DNA from: Eledone cirrhosa
Taxonomy: Eukaryota
Length of the DNA: 64,000 bases
Reading direction: 5' to 3'
Assembly: GCA_964016885.1 (NCBI GenBank)
Contig: OZ024744.1
Location: 20,026,001-20,090,000 of the forward strand
Under the pieces are notes generated by a model. That model made no database searches, was not told the DNA's origin, and saw only the letters and a program-made list of their open reading frames with translations. A program made the translations under genes and the position numbers. Of the stretch, positions 13,708 to 26,972 are shown piece by piece (the stretch's first letter is position 1; every line of letters begins with the position of its first letter).

Positions 13708-15181
13708 TCACCTCTTCGTTTCCTGCGGACCAGGCTGCACAATTTCCATGGGGGTGTTGGGGGGGTTGTTTGGTGGTGTGGTGGTCTCTGGCGGGGTGGG
13801 GACGGAGATATTTAGTGGGTAGGAGGTGTCATGTGGGGTTGAGGTGGGGAAACATTTCAAAAGGACGCGGTTATAGGGTTTGACGCAGGGGTTGCCTACG
13901 TCGTTAGGAAATTCTTCTTTTAACTGTTTATGTGTGTCCATGGAGATTCAAATCATTTTAAGGTTAGGATTCTCCGCAGAGTGTGTAAAAGTTTTCCTTC
14001 GGTCTCCACCGAAGGGTTTTTATATATGGTGTCTGTTAAAGTGTTATTGTTAGTATTTATGTAGGTGTAACATTTTTGTTGTGTTGTGTTGTTTTTTTTT
14101 CTGTGGTTCTTGTGTGTTTTTACGTTTTGTAGTAGGTGTTTTGTTTTCAGGAGAGGGTGTTTGTGTTTGTGCTGTTTGCGTCACTTGTATTGGTGTTTGT
14201 GTGTTTGTTGCATTTTTATTTGTGTTATGTCTTTTCTTTTTTCTTTTTACTGGTCGGAAAGGCTCTCCCTCATCGTAACTGGGTGACGATGATTAGGCCT
14301 CATCCGTGTTGTTGGGTAGGGGTACATTTTGAGAAGCTGTTATGTGTGTGGGTGTTTCTGGAGTTGTTTTAGGTGGGGAGGGGTTGGGTGGGACCGTGTT
14401 TGCAGTTTGGTTTGTTTTGTGTGTTGTTGTTGTTGTGGTGGTGGTTGTGTTGTTCTGTTGGGTGTCGGCAGTAGTGCCTTTTTTTACTGCAGTTAATTGA
14501 GGACAGGAAGCCCTCAGGTGACCACTGCTTAAACAGTGGTACATGAAGGCCGCCTACCCTCAACAGATATGTTTATGTAGGAATTTCCATCCAGAGGCAT
14601 ACGTTGTGGTATTCTACCTATCCGTTCTGGTCTCATTTGGACCAGAACTTCTAAGCTTGTACCGTTGAGTATGCCCCTGGAGCACTTTCCTACCGAAATT
14701 ACTGTATCTTCATCAACATTCTCCGGCATTAGAGATGTCAATCTGTATTTTGAACAGTTTGTGCAAACGAGACCTTTTTATCCTCGTTTGTGGAGTTGTT
14801 CTTGTTGGTGTTGTTGTCATTAATGTTGCTGCTGTTGGTGTTGTTGTCATCATTGTTGCTGTTGTTGTTGTTGTCATTGTTGTCGTTATTGTTGTTGTTG
14901 TTGTTTTTGTAGTTCTCAATTGCTTGATCTGTGTTTGCTGAAATCATTTGTGATGTGTTTTCGTTCATAGCATTGTTGTTATTGTTGTTGCTGGTGCCGC
15001 TGGTTGTGTTATTTTGGTTTGTTGCCATGGCAACATCAAGTTGTCGGTCAGCGGGTGGAGAAAATCCTTCTTCTGGCTGACCTTTGTCTTTGATATCTGC
15101 TACTATGATAGTGGCAGGGGGAAGCTGTAATCACATCCTCCCTTTTCCTCCTTCGAATGTTGGTGAAGAAGCTTCAGCCAT
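13708..15181 (-). pseudogene. Tx1 B ORF1, disrupted
   Basis: Asn-rich N-terminus, SFAQTV motif, knuckle YHCLSSGHLRASC, C-terminal FPNDVGNP. Confidence 0.78.
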
Positions 15182-15432
15182 TTTTTTTTAAATGTTAGCT
15201 TTTCCCCAAAAAACTTTTTATGTACTATTTCGCCTAAAGACGTAGAATATTTTGAGAGACTGACCAGATCAAAATTTGACCTGGCAGTCCCTCTACAAGT
15301 TGATATAACAAGGAAGGTTCACAGTTATGAATTTCTATAGAAATTTAGGCAAGTTACCCAGCAAGTTTCACGCATGTGTCCAAATAGATAGATAAATAGA
15401 TAAATACATATATAGATAGATAGATAGATACA

Positions 15433-16176
15433 TTTCTTTATTAGCCACAAGGGCACAAAAGAAGGGGACAAATACAAATGGGGAGTTTACATAGGAGGGA
15501 GGCGTTACACAGGGGTTGTACACACCCCGAAAAAATGTACAACCCTCATCTCCAGGAGCACCAAGAATGAATACTTGCTTCGTCGCTTCCTCTTTTTCCT
15601 CAACTTACAGGCTTATATATAGAGAAGGCCCAACCACCCGGGTCATCTTTGCCACATTCACCCACCTTTTATAAAATTTGCTGGGGTACAGCACCTCTCT
15701 CTCCATCCTGGTTCTTCTTCCACAATGATATTTGAAATAACGAATCAGTTGTTTGCCGGAGAGAATGGTGTCTGACCTCAGCCCTTTTAACCTCGCCCAC
15801 AATATAACCTCTTTCACCATAGTCATAACACATAGGAAAACCGCCTCTCCCTCGATGTTGAAGGAGGGTGGCGGTTTGATCATGACAATGGACTCGGTGG
15901 TCAACTGGATTGGTCCCACCCGCGACAATAGTCGTTCTACATAGCCCCACAGGTCGGTAATGCCCGGATAGTGTACAAATGCGTGCGCGACGGTTTCCTC
16001 GTCGCGCACGCATCTCAGACAGATCTTTTTTTAAGGGTCTCTGCCCGGGCGCCCGTGTCTTGAACTGGTAGAGCTCCTCGGTAGCACTGCCAGGCTCGGG
16101 ACTTTTGGAAGTTGTCCATTGTTCCCGGGCGGAAGGTCCTACCGAACAGACTGGCCAGTTCATCCTCCTCTACGCA
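15433..16176 (-). mobile_element. Tx1 copy C (5'-truncated, B-like subfamily)
   Basis: ORF2 C-terminus EETVAHAF..RWVNVAKM..YISL plus 3' UTR close to copy B; (GATA)n on both sides. Confidence 0.9.
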
Positions 16177-16191
16177 TAGATATATATATAT

Positions 16192-16222
<31 letters not shown>

Positions 16223-16256
16223 TATATATATATAGATAGATAGATAGATAGATATA

Positions 16257-16346
16257 TTTCTTTATTAGCCACAGGGGCACAAAAGAAGGGGACAAATACA
16301 AAGGGGGAAGTTTACATACAATAAAAACGTGTAAAATGTTATCACA

Positions 16347-16347
<1 letters not shown>
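16257..16347 (-). mobile_element. Tx1 copy D (about 90-bp 3' tip)
   Basis: TGTCCCCTTCTTTTGTGCCCCTGTGGCTAATAAAGAAA terminus between two (GATA)n tracts. Confidence 0.8.
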
Positions 16348-16396
<49 letters not shown>

Positions 16397-16423
16397 TTAT
16401 AGATAGATAGATAGATAGATACG

Positions 16424-17382
16424 TTTCTTTATTTGCCAGAAGGGATCCCAAGAAATGGGACATTACAAGATGTTAATGCGGGGTTTTACATAAAAATTGT
16501 ATAACTTTAACATTAATAAATTAAAATAAACTATATATAAAATACAATAACAATAGAAGTACCCGATAGGGGGAACGTTACTGCGGGGTTGTTGTACACC
16601 TCGTAGATAGAACAACCCTCAATACAAAGAGAACGTTTTGTAGGTGGTTCCCGTCTTCCCTCTGTTTGTCTTCTTCAACCTACAGGTTTATATACAGAGA
16701 TGGCCCATTCACTCGGGCCATTTTCGTCACATTCACCCACCTTTCAGCGACTTTACTGGGGTGTAGCACCTCTCTCTCCACTCTTACCTGCCTTCTGTAG
16801 TGGTACTTAAAGAAGGGGACGAGTTGTTGTCCGGAGAGAAGGGTGTTTGCCCTCAGTCCTTTTAACCTTGTCCACCACATTACCTCTTCCGCCATAGCCA
16901 CCAGACAGAGGAAAACCGCCTCTCCTTCATTCTTAAATGAAGGCGGCGGGGTGGTCCTCATGATCTACTCGGCTGACAAACAATTTGTCCCACACGTGAC
17001 AGTAGCTGTTCGACATAGTTCCACAGGTTGGTCACCCTTGGGTACTGTAGAGTTGCATGCAGAACGGTTTCAATGTCCTGCTCGCATCTTGGACAGATCC
17101 TTTTGGAAAGATCCCTGCCAGGGCGTCCGTGCCTGTAGATTTTGTCTCGAACTGGTAGAGCTCCTCGGTAGCCAGGCCAGGGACCTCTGGAAGTTATACA
17201 TAGGTCCTGGATGGAAAGTCCTCGCCATCAGACTTCTCAGCTCATCCTCCTCGATGCTTATAGTTACCCCGAGAATGTCGTTGGACATATCCTCCACTAA
17301 TCGCTTATAGAATACTGACGTGGAGTTTCCGCTGATTGTCGTTTCCGCTTAGTAGAGGGCTGTGAGCGCCTCAGCGCCCTCA
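16424..17382 (-). mobile_element. Tx1 copy E (5'-truncated, divergent subfamily)
   Basis: ORF2 C-terminus (16680-16961, 17070-17297); ends CCCTTCTGGCAAATAAAGAAA; (GATA)n on both sides. Confidence 0.88.
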
Positions 17383-17554
17383 GATAAGTAGATAGATAGA
17401 TAGATAGATAGATAGATATATAGATAGATCGACAGGTATATAGATAGATAGGTCGTTGTAGATATACATACAGAGAGAAATCGTGAGAGTCATTAATTGA
17501 TTTCCATTAATAGATACATGTTTATGTAATTACACATATATATCTGTGTTTATT

Positions 17555-17604
<50 letters not shown>

Positions 17605-17739
17605 TGTGTGTATGTATATATCCAACTCTTTGTATGGATTTCTTTTGGTTTTTATGAGACTATTAACTTATACACTACAGCAGATATAATAGTATTTTAT
17701 TGCACGGCAGAGAGCAGTAAATACAATACACAATTGATA

Positions 17740-17760
17740 GATAGTAGTAGTAGCAGCAGC

Positions 17761-17838
<78 letters not shown>

Positions 17839-17870
17839 GGTAGTAGTAGTAGTAGATGTGGTGGTGGTGG
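17740..17870. repeat. (AGT)n/(GGT)n microsatellite
   Basis: Directly visible. Confidence 0.9.
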
Positions 17871-18174
17871 TTAGACGTGGGGGGGTGTGGTTTACTGTTA
17901 TTTTTATAAATTGGGTTACACTGAGGTTCAGCAGTGTGGGGTGGTTGAAAGTGAGGGTTGTTCTCGGCGTAATTCCAACTCAGAACGTAAAAGTGCTGAC
18001 AAGAATGATAGAAACCATTTCGTTCGACGCTCTACCGATTCTGCAATTCTACAATTATCAGGAAATCACTGATGTCTGTAGAAGGTAAAACACAAACAAC
18101 ATAAACAAACGGTGGGCTATTTATTTGAAATTGTATGGAGTCATAATTCCCGACGGAGCTGTAGGACACTTGTA

Positions 18175-18585
18175 GGGCTGCGGTAGTACCTCGATATGGC
18201 GTGGTATGTTGGTGGTTGGGCCGTGGTAGTGTTGTGGTAAGGTTGTGGTAGGGCCGTGGTAGGGCTGCGATAGTACCTCGATATGGCCGTGGTAGGATGG
18301 TGGTAGGGCGGTGGTAGGGCCGAGGTAGGGCGATGGTAGGGTGGTGATAGTGTTGTGGTAGGGTGGTGGTAGGGCTCTGGTAAGGCGGTGGTAGGGTGGT
18401 GGTAGGGTGGTGGTAGGGCCGTGGTAGGGCCGAGGTAGGGCCGTGGTAGGGCTGTGGTAGGGCGTTGGTAGGGTGGTGGTTGGGCGTTGGTAGTATCTCG
18501 AGAGGGCCGCTGTAAGGTTATTGTAGGACCTCGATAATGCCACGGTAGTGCCGAGGTAGTGCCGTTGTAGGGCCGCTGTAGTTAT
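18175..18585. repeat. 11-bp minisatellite, consensus GTGGTAGGGCC
   Basis: Dozens of degenerate 11-nt units; explains ORF 18121-18594. Confidence 0.85.
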
Positions 18586-18797
18586 ATACAGCATTTCTTG
18601 AGCATTGTAAACCTGGTGGAGACAATCCCCTATCCAGGTCTGACCGTAACTGACCTCTAGTGTTGTAGCACCGGCCTGATCAGGCCTCGGGCTCGAAACA
18701 GAATTTAGACATTTAAATATATATTTACGTTGGGTAAAAGGGTAATATCAACAAAACAATAAATAGAGCAAATTAAATGTATACTAAAAGGTTCGTG

Positions 18798-19085
18798 TGG
18801 AGGAACGTGGCTTAGCGGTTAGAGTGTTCGACTCATGAGTTCGATTCCCAGCGAGGTGTTGATTCCTTGAGCAAGGCACTTTATTTAACGTTGCTCCACT
18901 CCATTTAGGTGGTAAAATGAGTTGTACTTGTAATTCGTGGAACCAGTCACGTAACACAGTGTCGCGCTGAATCTCCCTGGGGATTGTGTTATGGGTACAT
19001 GTGTCTGTGGAATGTTACGACACTTACACGTTATTTTTACGAGCAGTTCTGTTGTTCATCAAACAACTGGAATTCTCACCGACAG
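18798..19085 (+). mobile_element. tRNA-derived SINE, family 2 (CORE-like centre)
   Basis: A box TGGCTTAGCGG, B box GTTCGATTCC, then TCCTTGAGCAAGGCACTT; second copy near 23690-23940. Confidence 0.7.
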
Positions 19086-19093
19086 AACACCAG

Positions 19094-19138
<45 letters not shown>

Positions 19139-20668
19139 CCAACAGAACAGCTATATAGAAGAGAGGGAATCTATCGACAACATCCCATATCTCATTCGCT
19201 TACCGAGTCTGGGTTGGGGGGCTGGAGTCTTCGACAAATCGGACCGAGTAAACAATGTTTCCATTGATCTTTCCATTACTGATACTGTCTACTAGTCACA
19301 ACTCCTGGCAGAACAACGTGAAATAAAGACATAACACATTGTTCAAGGAATCGAACTCGTAACCACACGATTGCGAATCCAATTCTCTATCCACTAAGCC
19401 AGGGGCCGCCTACACTCTATAGTAATATGAAAGGAGCCAAAACATGATTCGGGGCCACTCATAGCATGATTCGACCCACGTGACACAAATCAAACCTCTC
19501 ATCATAGGGAAGTGCATTAGCTCAATTGTGTTTTTAATATCCGCCAACAATTACCAGACATTTTACAATACAAGAGAGGTTGACACGTCCTTGACAAAAA
19601 CATTCTTTCAACCCTATTTACGGCAGGTTTTCTACAGTTAGATGCCCTTCCTATCATCTTACAGGTTGAACTGGGTGCATTTTTCATGATACACAACTGG
19701 AGGGTCCTTGCTATTCCCAACGTTTGAATCCTTGATTTTTAGAATGTCAGCTGTAAAAGACAGCAACCTACCTGGTGTTGGTGTCACGATAGATTGCAAT
19801 CAGTGCAGGTAAAGTAGGTAGGCAAGATGCAGGCTACTGGCCTAACAGAGAGGTCAGTAGGTAGACAAGATGCAGGCCACTGGCCTAACAGGGAGGTCAG
19901 TAGCTCTGGTTGAGTACTAACTTCTTCTGTGACCACCAATTTTTAAACTTGGCTAACAGGGAAACCGGACATTAAATGCCGCTACTGTTGCTTCTGATGG
20001 TGACGATGATGATGATGATGATGATGGTGTTGATGGTGATGGTGGTGATGATGGTGATGATGGTGATGATAGTGATCATTATGACCTATATTTCATAAAA
20101 TTGCCATGAAAGGAGGAACAGTACCACCATTTCTAAACTTAGCTCTCTTAATGTGGTTGTGGTGGAAATTGATGAAGTTTTGTTCTGAAACGAAGAGTTC
20201 TGTGCCATAGTCCATCTTCACCACTTCCTCCATCACAGCTTTCAGTTCTTCCTCGTCAAAAGAAGACGTAGATTCGATCTTCACAAGAAGCCCGGCCGAC
20301 ATCCATATCTGTCCCTTACCTGATTGCAGCTCTTATACGTAAATCCACAGATCAGCAGTGCACGGGTTTTAAACCAGTGCGTACTGGGGGGTTTTGTCTC
20401 ACGTCATACATTTCAAAGACATCCATACCTGATAAAATACATCCGTGGAATACTCGGGTAAAGCACTTTTAGGGATTCTCTATAATGCTCATGTCAAAGT
20501 CCTCCCGAAGATACATACATAGTGCTGACCGATTGTAAGAATTTCTCTCAGGCTATCATTACTATTATTGTCTACAAACCCTCCATATATGAACCTTCCA
20601 GCGGCAGCCGATGGTAGTCACCGATTGATAACATTCCAGATGCCAAAAGAATAATTATTAATAATAAT

Positions 20669-21105
20669 AGTTTCTGGTTTAGACACAAGACCAAAATAGA
20701 GGGGAGGGGAAAGTCGATTAAATCAACCTCAGTGTGTTACTGGTACTTTATTTTATCGACATTGTACGGATGAACGACAAGCTAACCTGGGCTGGATTTG
20801 AACTCAGAACGTAAAGGAACGTAATTATATGTTGTAAAGCTGTTGTCCGACGCTCTACTGATTCTGCCCATCCACCGCCCTTTAATGATTGTTTCTGATT
20901 TAGGCACAAGGTCAACAATTTTGGGGCAGGGGAAAGTTGATAGTATCAACCCCAGTGTATTATTGGTACATTATTTTATCGACCCCGTAAGGATGAAAGG
21001 GTAAGCTATCCTCGGTGAAATTTGAACTCAAAACGTAAATGGTTGTAACTCTATGCCGGGTAGCATGGTGACCAACGATCTACCGATTCTGCCAATCCAC
21101 TGCCG
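20669..21105 (-). mobile_element. two tandem copies of tRNA-derived SINE family 1 (Deu/Nin-domain-like)
   Basis: Each has GGCAGAATC(A/G)GTAGA A box, GAGTTCAAAT B box and the TTTCATCCTTACGGGGTCGATAAAAT..GTACCA centre (degenerate in one copy). Confidence 0.8.
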
Positions 21106-21159
21106 TAACCTCAGTAATAACATTATAAAAATGATAATGATAAAACAGTGATAGCAATT

Positions 21160-22248
21160 AAAGTGACGATGGTGATGATGGCGGTAATGATGGCGGTAAT
21201 GGTGGTGATGGTTGTTGTGATGATGGTGGTTGTGGTGGTGGTGTTGGTGGTGGTGATGGTGAAGGCGATGATGGTGGTGGTGGTTATGGTGGTGTCTGTG
21301 GTGGTGGTGGTGATGGTGAAGGTGATGATGGTGGTGGTGGCGATGGTGGTGGTGGTGGTGATGGTGGTGATGGTGGTGATGGTGTTGATGATGATGATGA
21401 TGGTGGTGGTGATGATGATGATGGTTGTGGTGATGATGGTGGTGGTGGTGGAGGTGGAGGTGGTGGTGAAGGTGGTGGTGGTAGTAGTCGTGGTGGTAAT
21501 AGTTGTGGTGGTGAAGGTGGTGGTGGTGGTGGTTGTGGTGGTGGTGGTGGTGATGGTGAAGGTGGTGGTGGTAGTAGTTGTGGTGGTGGTGGTAGTGATA
21601 GTGGTGGTGGTGGTAGTAGTTGTGGTGGTGATGGTGGTGATGGTGGTGGTGGTGGTGGTGGTGGTTATGGTGGTGATGATGGTGGTGGTGTTGTTGTTGT
21701 TGGTGGCGGAGGTCGTGGTGGTGGTGCTGGTGGTGATGATGTGGGTGATTTTGGAGTGTGATGTAAGAGTGTCAGATAGTTGCTACCAGTGGTGATGGTG
21801 ATGCTGTTGGTGATGATAGGATGTGCTGTAACAGTGTCAGGCAGTGCTGCTACTGCTGCTGCTGCTACTACTGCTGCTGCTGCTAGTGGTGTTGCTGCTG
21901 CTGCTGCTAGTGGTGCTGCTGCTGCTGCTTTTCAATGATGCATGCATGTATGGATGTATATATATATATATATATATATGTTTATATATATATATGTATA
22001 TTTATATGTATGCATGTATGTATGTATGTATATACATATATGTATGTATATATATACATATTTGTATGTATATATATACACATATGTATGTATGCATGTA
22101 TATTTATATGTATGTATGTATATATGCATGTATATATATATATATATATGTATGTATATATGTATATATGTATCTTTATACATATATATGTATGTATATA
22201 TGTATATTTATACGTATATATGTATGTATGAATGCAAGTATGTATGTA

Positions 22249-22305
<57 letters not shown>

Positions 22306-22325
22306 ATGTAAATATGTATATGTGC
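21160..22325. repeat. (GGT/GAT)n, (CTG)n and (TA/TATG)n microsatellites
   Basis: Directly visible; source of poly-V, poly-L and YI/CV ORFs. Confidence 0.92.
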
Positions 22326-22545
22326 GTGTAGGTACAACAGTGCAATGTTTGCATAGAACAGAATTGATTTTTGTCCAGCAGTGTTTATGAGGTCGAATCT
22401 CACCGGAAGTAGCGCATCCGGTGATTTAAGTGGAATCTCTGGTTAAATGGTACAGGTGTTCGATTTAACATTTGGGATCTTTTACTGGCGAAATGGAAAT
22501 AAATAAAATATATAACAAAATAAAGGCAAATTCAAAACAAAGAAA

Positions 22546-22613
<68 letters not shown>

Positions 22614-23149
22614 GTAATAATAATAATAATAATAATAGTTGAGAATGTTGAGGTTGCTACGTTTAGTAAAGAGTGGGGTGGGGGGTGTTTAAAATATTAG
22701 ATTTATGTTAATTATAATAAAGTATTGTGGCGTTGATAACAATAACAACAACAACAACAGCAGCAGCAGCAGCAGAAACAATGTCAGGGCAAACATCTTA
22801 ATAACAATAACAACAACAACAACAACAACAACAACAGCAATAGCAACAAGATCGGGAGTGACTAGGATAATATTTATAAATAATACTAATAATAAAGATT
22901 ACTTTTATATTAATAATTACAACAATAACAATAATGGTAATTGTTATATATATATATAAACATGTGTGTATGTGTGTGTGTGACAAACTCCGATCCAGTC
23001 GTTACAAGTCCAATTCTATTCAAGTTCTTACACGATGTTCCCATCTCAACCAACGATATACACACATCTTCATTACAGTCGCTGGTTTCATCTAGAAATA
23101 ATAGGAATATAATCACTGGCCAGGATTGGGCTAGAGTTGAATGGTATTG

Positions 23150-23600
23150 CTGATGGTGGTGGTGGTGTTGTTGTTGTTGGTGTTGGTGGTGGTAGTGGTG
23201 GTGGCGGTGGTGATGGCGGTGGGGGTGGTGGTGATGGCGGCATTGATGGTGGTGGTGGTGTAGGTAGTGGTGGTGATGTTAGTGGTGGTGATGGTGATGG
23301 TGATGGTGGTGATGTTGGTAGTGGTTGTGTTTGATGTGATGATGGGGATGATGGTTGTGCTGGTTGTGGTGATAGTAGTAGTGTTTGTGGTGATGGTTGT
23401 GCTGGCGGTGGTATTGGTAGTAGTTGTGGTGTTGATGTTGGTAGTGGTGATGGCTGGGTTGGTCTTGGTAGTAGTTGAGGTGTAGGCGGTAGTGTTTGTA
23501 GTGTTGGTGGTGGTGATAGTTGTGGCATTAATTGTGATGGTGATAGTGTAGAAGATGGCAATGATGGTGTTAATACTTCCAGTGTTGTGGTTGTTGTTCA
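23150..23600. repeat. degenerate (GGT/GTT/GAT)n tract
   Basis: Directly visible. Confidence 0.88.
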
Positions 23601-23689
23601 AAGGCCCCAGGTTGCCGATTGAATTTCCTTATGGCCCAGCAGATCTCTCTTGCCGGTTGTATTTTCTCTACGTGAAACTGAGGTATGAA

Positions 23690-23940
23690 AGTGGGTGGCT
23701 TAATGGTTAAAGTTTTGCGACTCACTATCGTGAAGTCGTGTTTGATTCTCAGTGGTTTGTTCTGGCTTGTGAAAACATATTAATTTGACGTTGCTCCACT
23801 CCATTCTGAATTAAATCCCCAGGTTTGTGCCTCAGTGTGTCACGCTGAATATCCCTGAAACCTACCTTAAAGCTATACACGTTAATTTCACCCGCAGGCT
23901 GTCCCGTTAGTTGAACCATAGGAACACGTATTTCATTCCA
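23690..23940 (+). mobile_element. tRNA-derived SINE family 2, degenerate copy
   Basis: GTGGCTTAATGGTTA head; ACGTTGCTCCACTCCAT and GCTGAAT.TCCCTG shared with 18798-19085. Confidence 0.6.
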
Positions 23941-24129
23941 TTCCATGTTGAAGGCCTGACTGCAGGTTCAGTAATAGTTGTCACAGTAGTGACATGCAAG
24001 GTAGACATGTCCAGAGAGTCACAATTATGGTACATCTATACTCAATAAAGAGAGTGGCTCCTTCGATTCCTGCGATGTTGTGGCTATTTCTATGTGAAGA
24101 TGTTCTTACTTAGAATTTTTAAGCTAATC

Positions 24130-24377
24130 AGCCCGGTGCTTATACCTGTTTCCGTTGCATAAAGCGACTGAGAGTACAAGACTTTCCCCTGGACAGGACG
24201 CCAGTCCATCACAGGTTTAAACCACCATCTATTGCTGGTACTCATTTTTAGCTGAGTTTACTGGAGCAACCTGAAATATTTTGCTCAAGAACACCACACA
24301 CAATCCAGTCCAAGAATCGAGCCCACAACATTATGATTGTATGCTCAACAACCTTACCACTAGGCAACGAGCCTCCA
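24130..24377 (-). mobile_element. tRNA-derived SINE family 3
   Basis: Minus-strand head GTTGCCTAGTGGTAAGG...GCTCGATTC; body cccctggacaggacgccagtccatcacagg shared with 30520-30790. Confidence 0.65.
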
Positions 24378-25147
24378 TATATGTATCTAGGAGTTTATAC
24401 GTGGTTTGTCGTGTAGTGACAAGAAATGTGGAAATTGAAACCAACTGCAGCAACAAACTGTATGGCTCGCATGTCCAAACAGTCGTTCATATTCAGTGCT
24501 TATTTTATTTTATTTGAGTAGTTTGTTTGTGGATGAGGTATAAGTACAACCATTTGCAATGCATTATACGCTGTGTTATTTTATTGTTAATTCTACTTTC
24601 TTGAGAAGAGCTTTGGAGGTACAAATATGATTGACACATTCATTGATGGTTTGAACCTATTGTTAATACACTATTGTTGCTGTTCATTTTTATTGGTCTA
24701 ATGTTGTACTTATGATTGCACTGTGGGTTTTATATCGTTTTACCTTTCATGTCACTTGTGAATTTTGTAGTGAAATTGTATGTATGTTAGAGATTTTATA
24801 AATATTGCTGCTTCAATCAATAATTATGATATAAGAACTTCTAAAAATGTCAGCAATAATCAAGCAATTGCGACCGTTGATTTATTTCGAATTCAAATAA
24901 TTTGGGAATTCCAATAAAATTTGAGCCAATTTTGAAGATTAGATTTCAACGGTAAATATCAAATAATTAACGGATTACATGGCAGGGGATCTACAATAGG
25001 ATTTCATACGTGTTTAAAGAGGTTGTTTCAAATTTCCTGTCGGGTTTTTACAATGTACGGCTGCGTTGATAAAACCAATGTTAAGTTCTGGAGGCTTAAA
25101 GATTCAGACAATATATATATATATATATCGTTAAAGATGGTTTAGTA

Positions 25148-25460
25148 CAGGGGTGTGCAAACATATTCCATTGGCGGGCCATTTTGAACATTGGAACAAC
25201 TATTAGGGCCATTCCTATTTATTAAGCACTATTCCAAAGATCCACCACAACTTCTTTCCATAATATGGAGCTGGGAAATTATAACACACATAACCTATCA
25301 GTGAAGCCCTTTAGTATAGGACAACTAACAGATGTATTACGGTTACGAAAAATATTCTAAATAGGCCTACAAGGTAAAAATTAAAAACGGTCATCGGAGG
25401 TCACTCTGACTGGTCTGGCGGGTCGGATTGTGGCCCGCGGGTCGCTTGTACATGCCCCTG
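25148..25460. mobile_element. non-autonomous hAT (Charlie-like) DNA transposon / MITE
   Basis: Termini CAGGGG...CCCCTG, subterminal GCGGGCC/GGCCCGCGGG motifs, imperfect 8-bp flanks gtttagta/gtttaatt. Confidence 0.7.
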
Positions 25461-25856
25461 GTTTAATTGATTAAAACATGATATTCTTATTAATATGCCA
25501 TGTCATTATGATAAAGAAAAAAACAAAAAAAACATGCCATTGGATTTGATTTCACCACGCCGCAACTAAAGGAAGTGTCTTCTATCATAGCCTCGCCTTG
25601 TGAATGAGATTTGGTAGCCATAGAGTAACCAATTAGATTGACTGACAATGTTCTTGAGTTGTAGACTTAATCTGACACCCAGTTGAACACAAACAACTGT
25701 ATCATTGGCTACATTTAGATAATCCAGAAAGACTCGTCAGATTTGTTGTTGTTGTTGTTGTTCTTCTTCTTCTTCTTCTTCTAACCACATGTCCATAGGT
25801 AATATTAGAGCTATGATATTTCAATTCGGAATTTCAAGAAACTTGCTTCCCTACAA

Positions 25857-26062
25857 TTGTTTCTACTATAGACACAAGGCCCGCAGTTTGAAGGGCAGGG
25901 GAAAGTTGATTAAATCGACCCAGTGCATTACCGGTACTTTGTTTTATCGACTCCGTAAAGATGAAAAGTAAAGCTTGACTTCATCGGGATTTGAACTCAG
26001 ACCATAAAAGGCCGCGAAGCATGTTGTCCGACGCTCTACTGATTCTGCCAATCTACCTCTCC
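25857..26062 (-). mobile_element. SINE family 1 copy
   Basis: Same A/B boxes, centre and GGCCTTGTG...AGAAAC tail. Confidence 0.8.
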
Positions 26063-26704
26063 ATATAATATTGTAAATTTTCTTTGCTCTTTTTATCAAC
26101 AATCTTGGTCCGTCGCTGCTCTCATACTTAACTTTCTCACCATTCAAAACAGAATACTTTGACATTATCCATTATTAAGATGTTTCCGCTGCCAACATGC
26201 CCCCGCCGCGGCCGCAGCCGCCGCCGCCGCCTACTCGTCGCTTGCTGCTCAAAATGTCCGTCCATTCGTCACTCGTTGTCTCCCGTCAGTTGTCTATTCT
26301 ATCCTGTTAATTGTTACGTATATTACAACGACGAATGACTTGAACATTTCACGGTCAACTGACCAGCTTGACTTACTCATTTTCACTCCTCGCGCCACTC
26401 AACTTTTTCTTTTATTTTCTTATATATATTTCTTTATTTTTATAGTTTCTTATTTATTGGCATTTGTCGTTGTTGTTTTTGTTTTGTTGGGTTTTTTTTT
26501 TTTTTAACAGCTGAAGATTGAAGAAGAAGAAGAAGAAGAAGAAGAAGAAGAAGAAGAAGAAGAAGAAGAAGAAGAAGAAGAAGAAGAATAGAGGAAATGG
26601 CAGACAGAAGGAGGTCACTATTTCTGATGTTGACATGCGATAAATGAATTAATGAATTAATGGGTTAAGGTAGTTACCTGACTGATGTTATCTGGTTAAC
26701 GAGG

Positions 26705-26940
26705 ACCACCAACACCACCACCAACACCACCACCACCACCACCACTACCACCACCAACAACAACACCACCACCACCACCAACACTACTAACACCACCACC
26801 ACTACAACCACTACCACCACCACCATCACCAACACTTCTAAACCCCACCCCCCATCACCACCACCGCCACCACCACTACCACCACCATCAACAACACCAC
26901 CACCACCACCACCGCCACCATCACCACCACCACCACTACC

Positions 26941-26972
<32 letters not shown>

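Larger units (their letters stand above)
10056..15383 (-). mobile_element. Tx1 copy B (both ends present, internal deletions)
   Basis: ORF1 15181-13708 lacks its central region; ORF2 13667-10285 has DQSKAFDRVDH, RQGCPLS, AYADE; the same 3' end abuts the 5' end of copy A. Confidence 0.9.

Noticed and set aside
18175-18585. CRISPR-like or mucin-coding array
   Set aside because: Simple 11-bp minisatellite without unique spacers; eukaryotic context.
18798-18860. tRNA gene
   Set aside because: A and B boxes belong to SINE heads; no complete cloverleaf.
19815-19903. About 43-bp tandem duplication
   Set aside because: Real but only two units; an ordinary local duplication.
21148-21795. 215-aa hydrophobic ORF
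   Set aside because: (GGT/GAT)n microsatellite.
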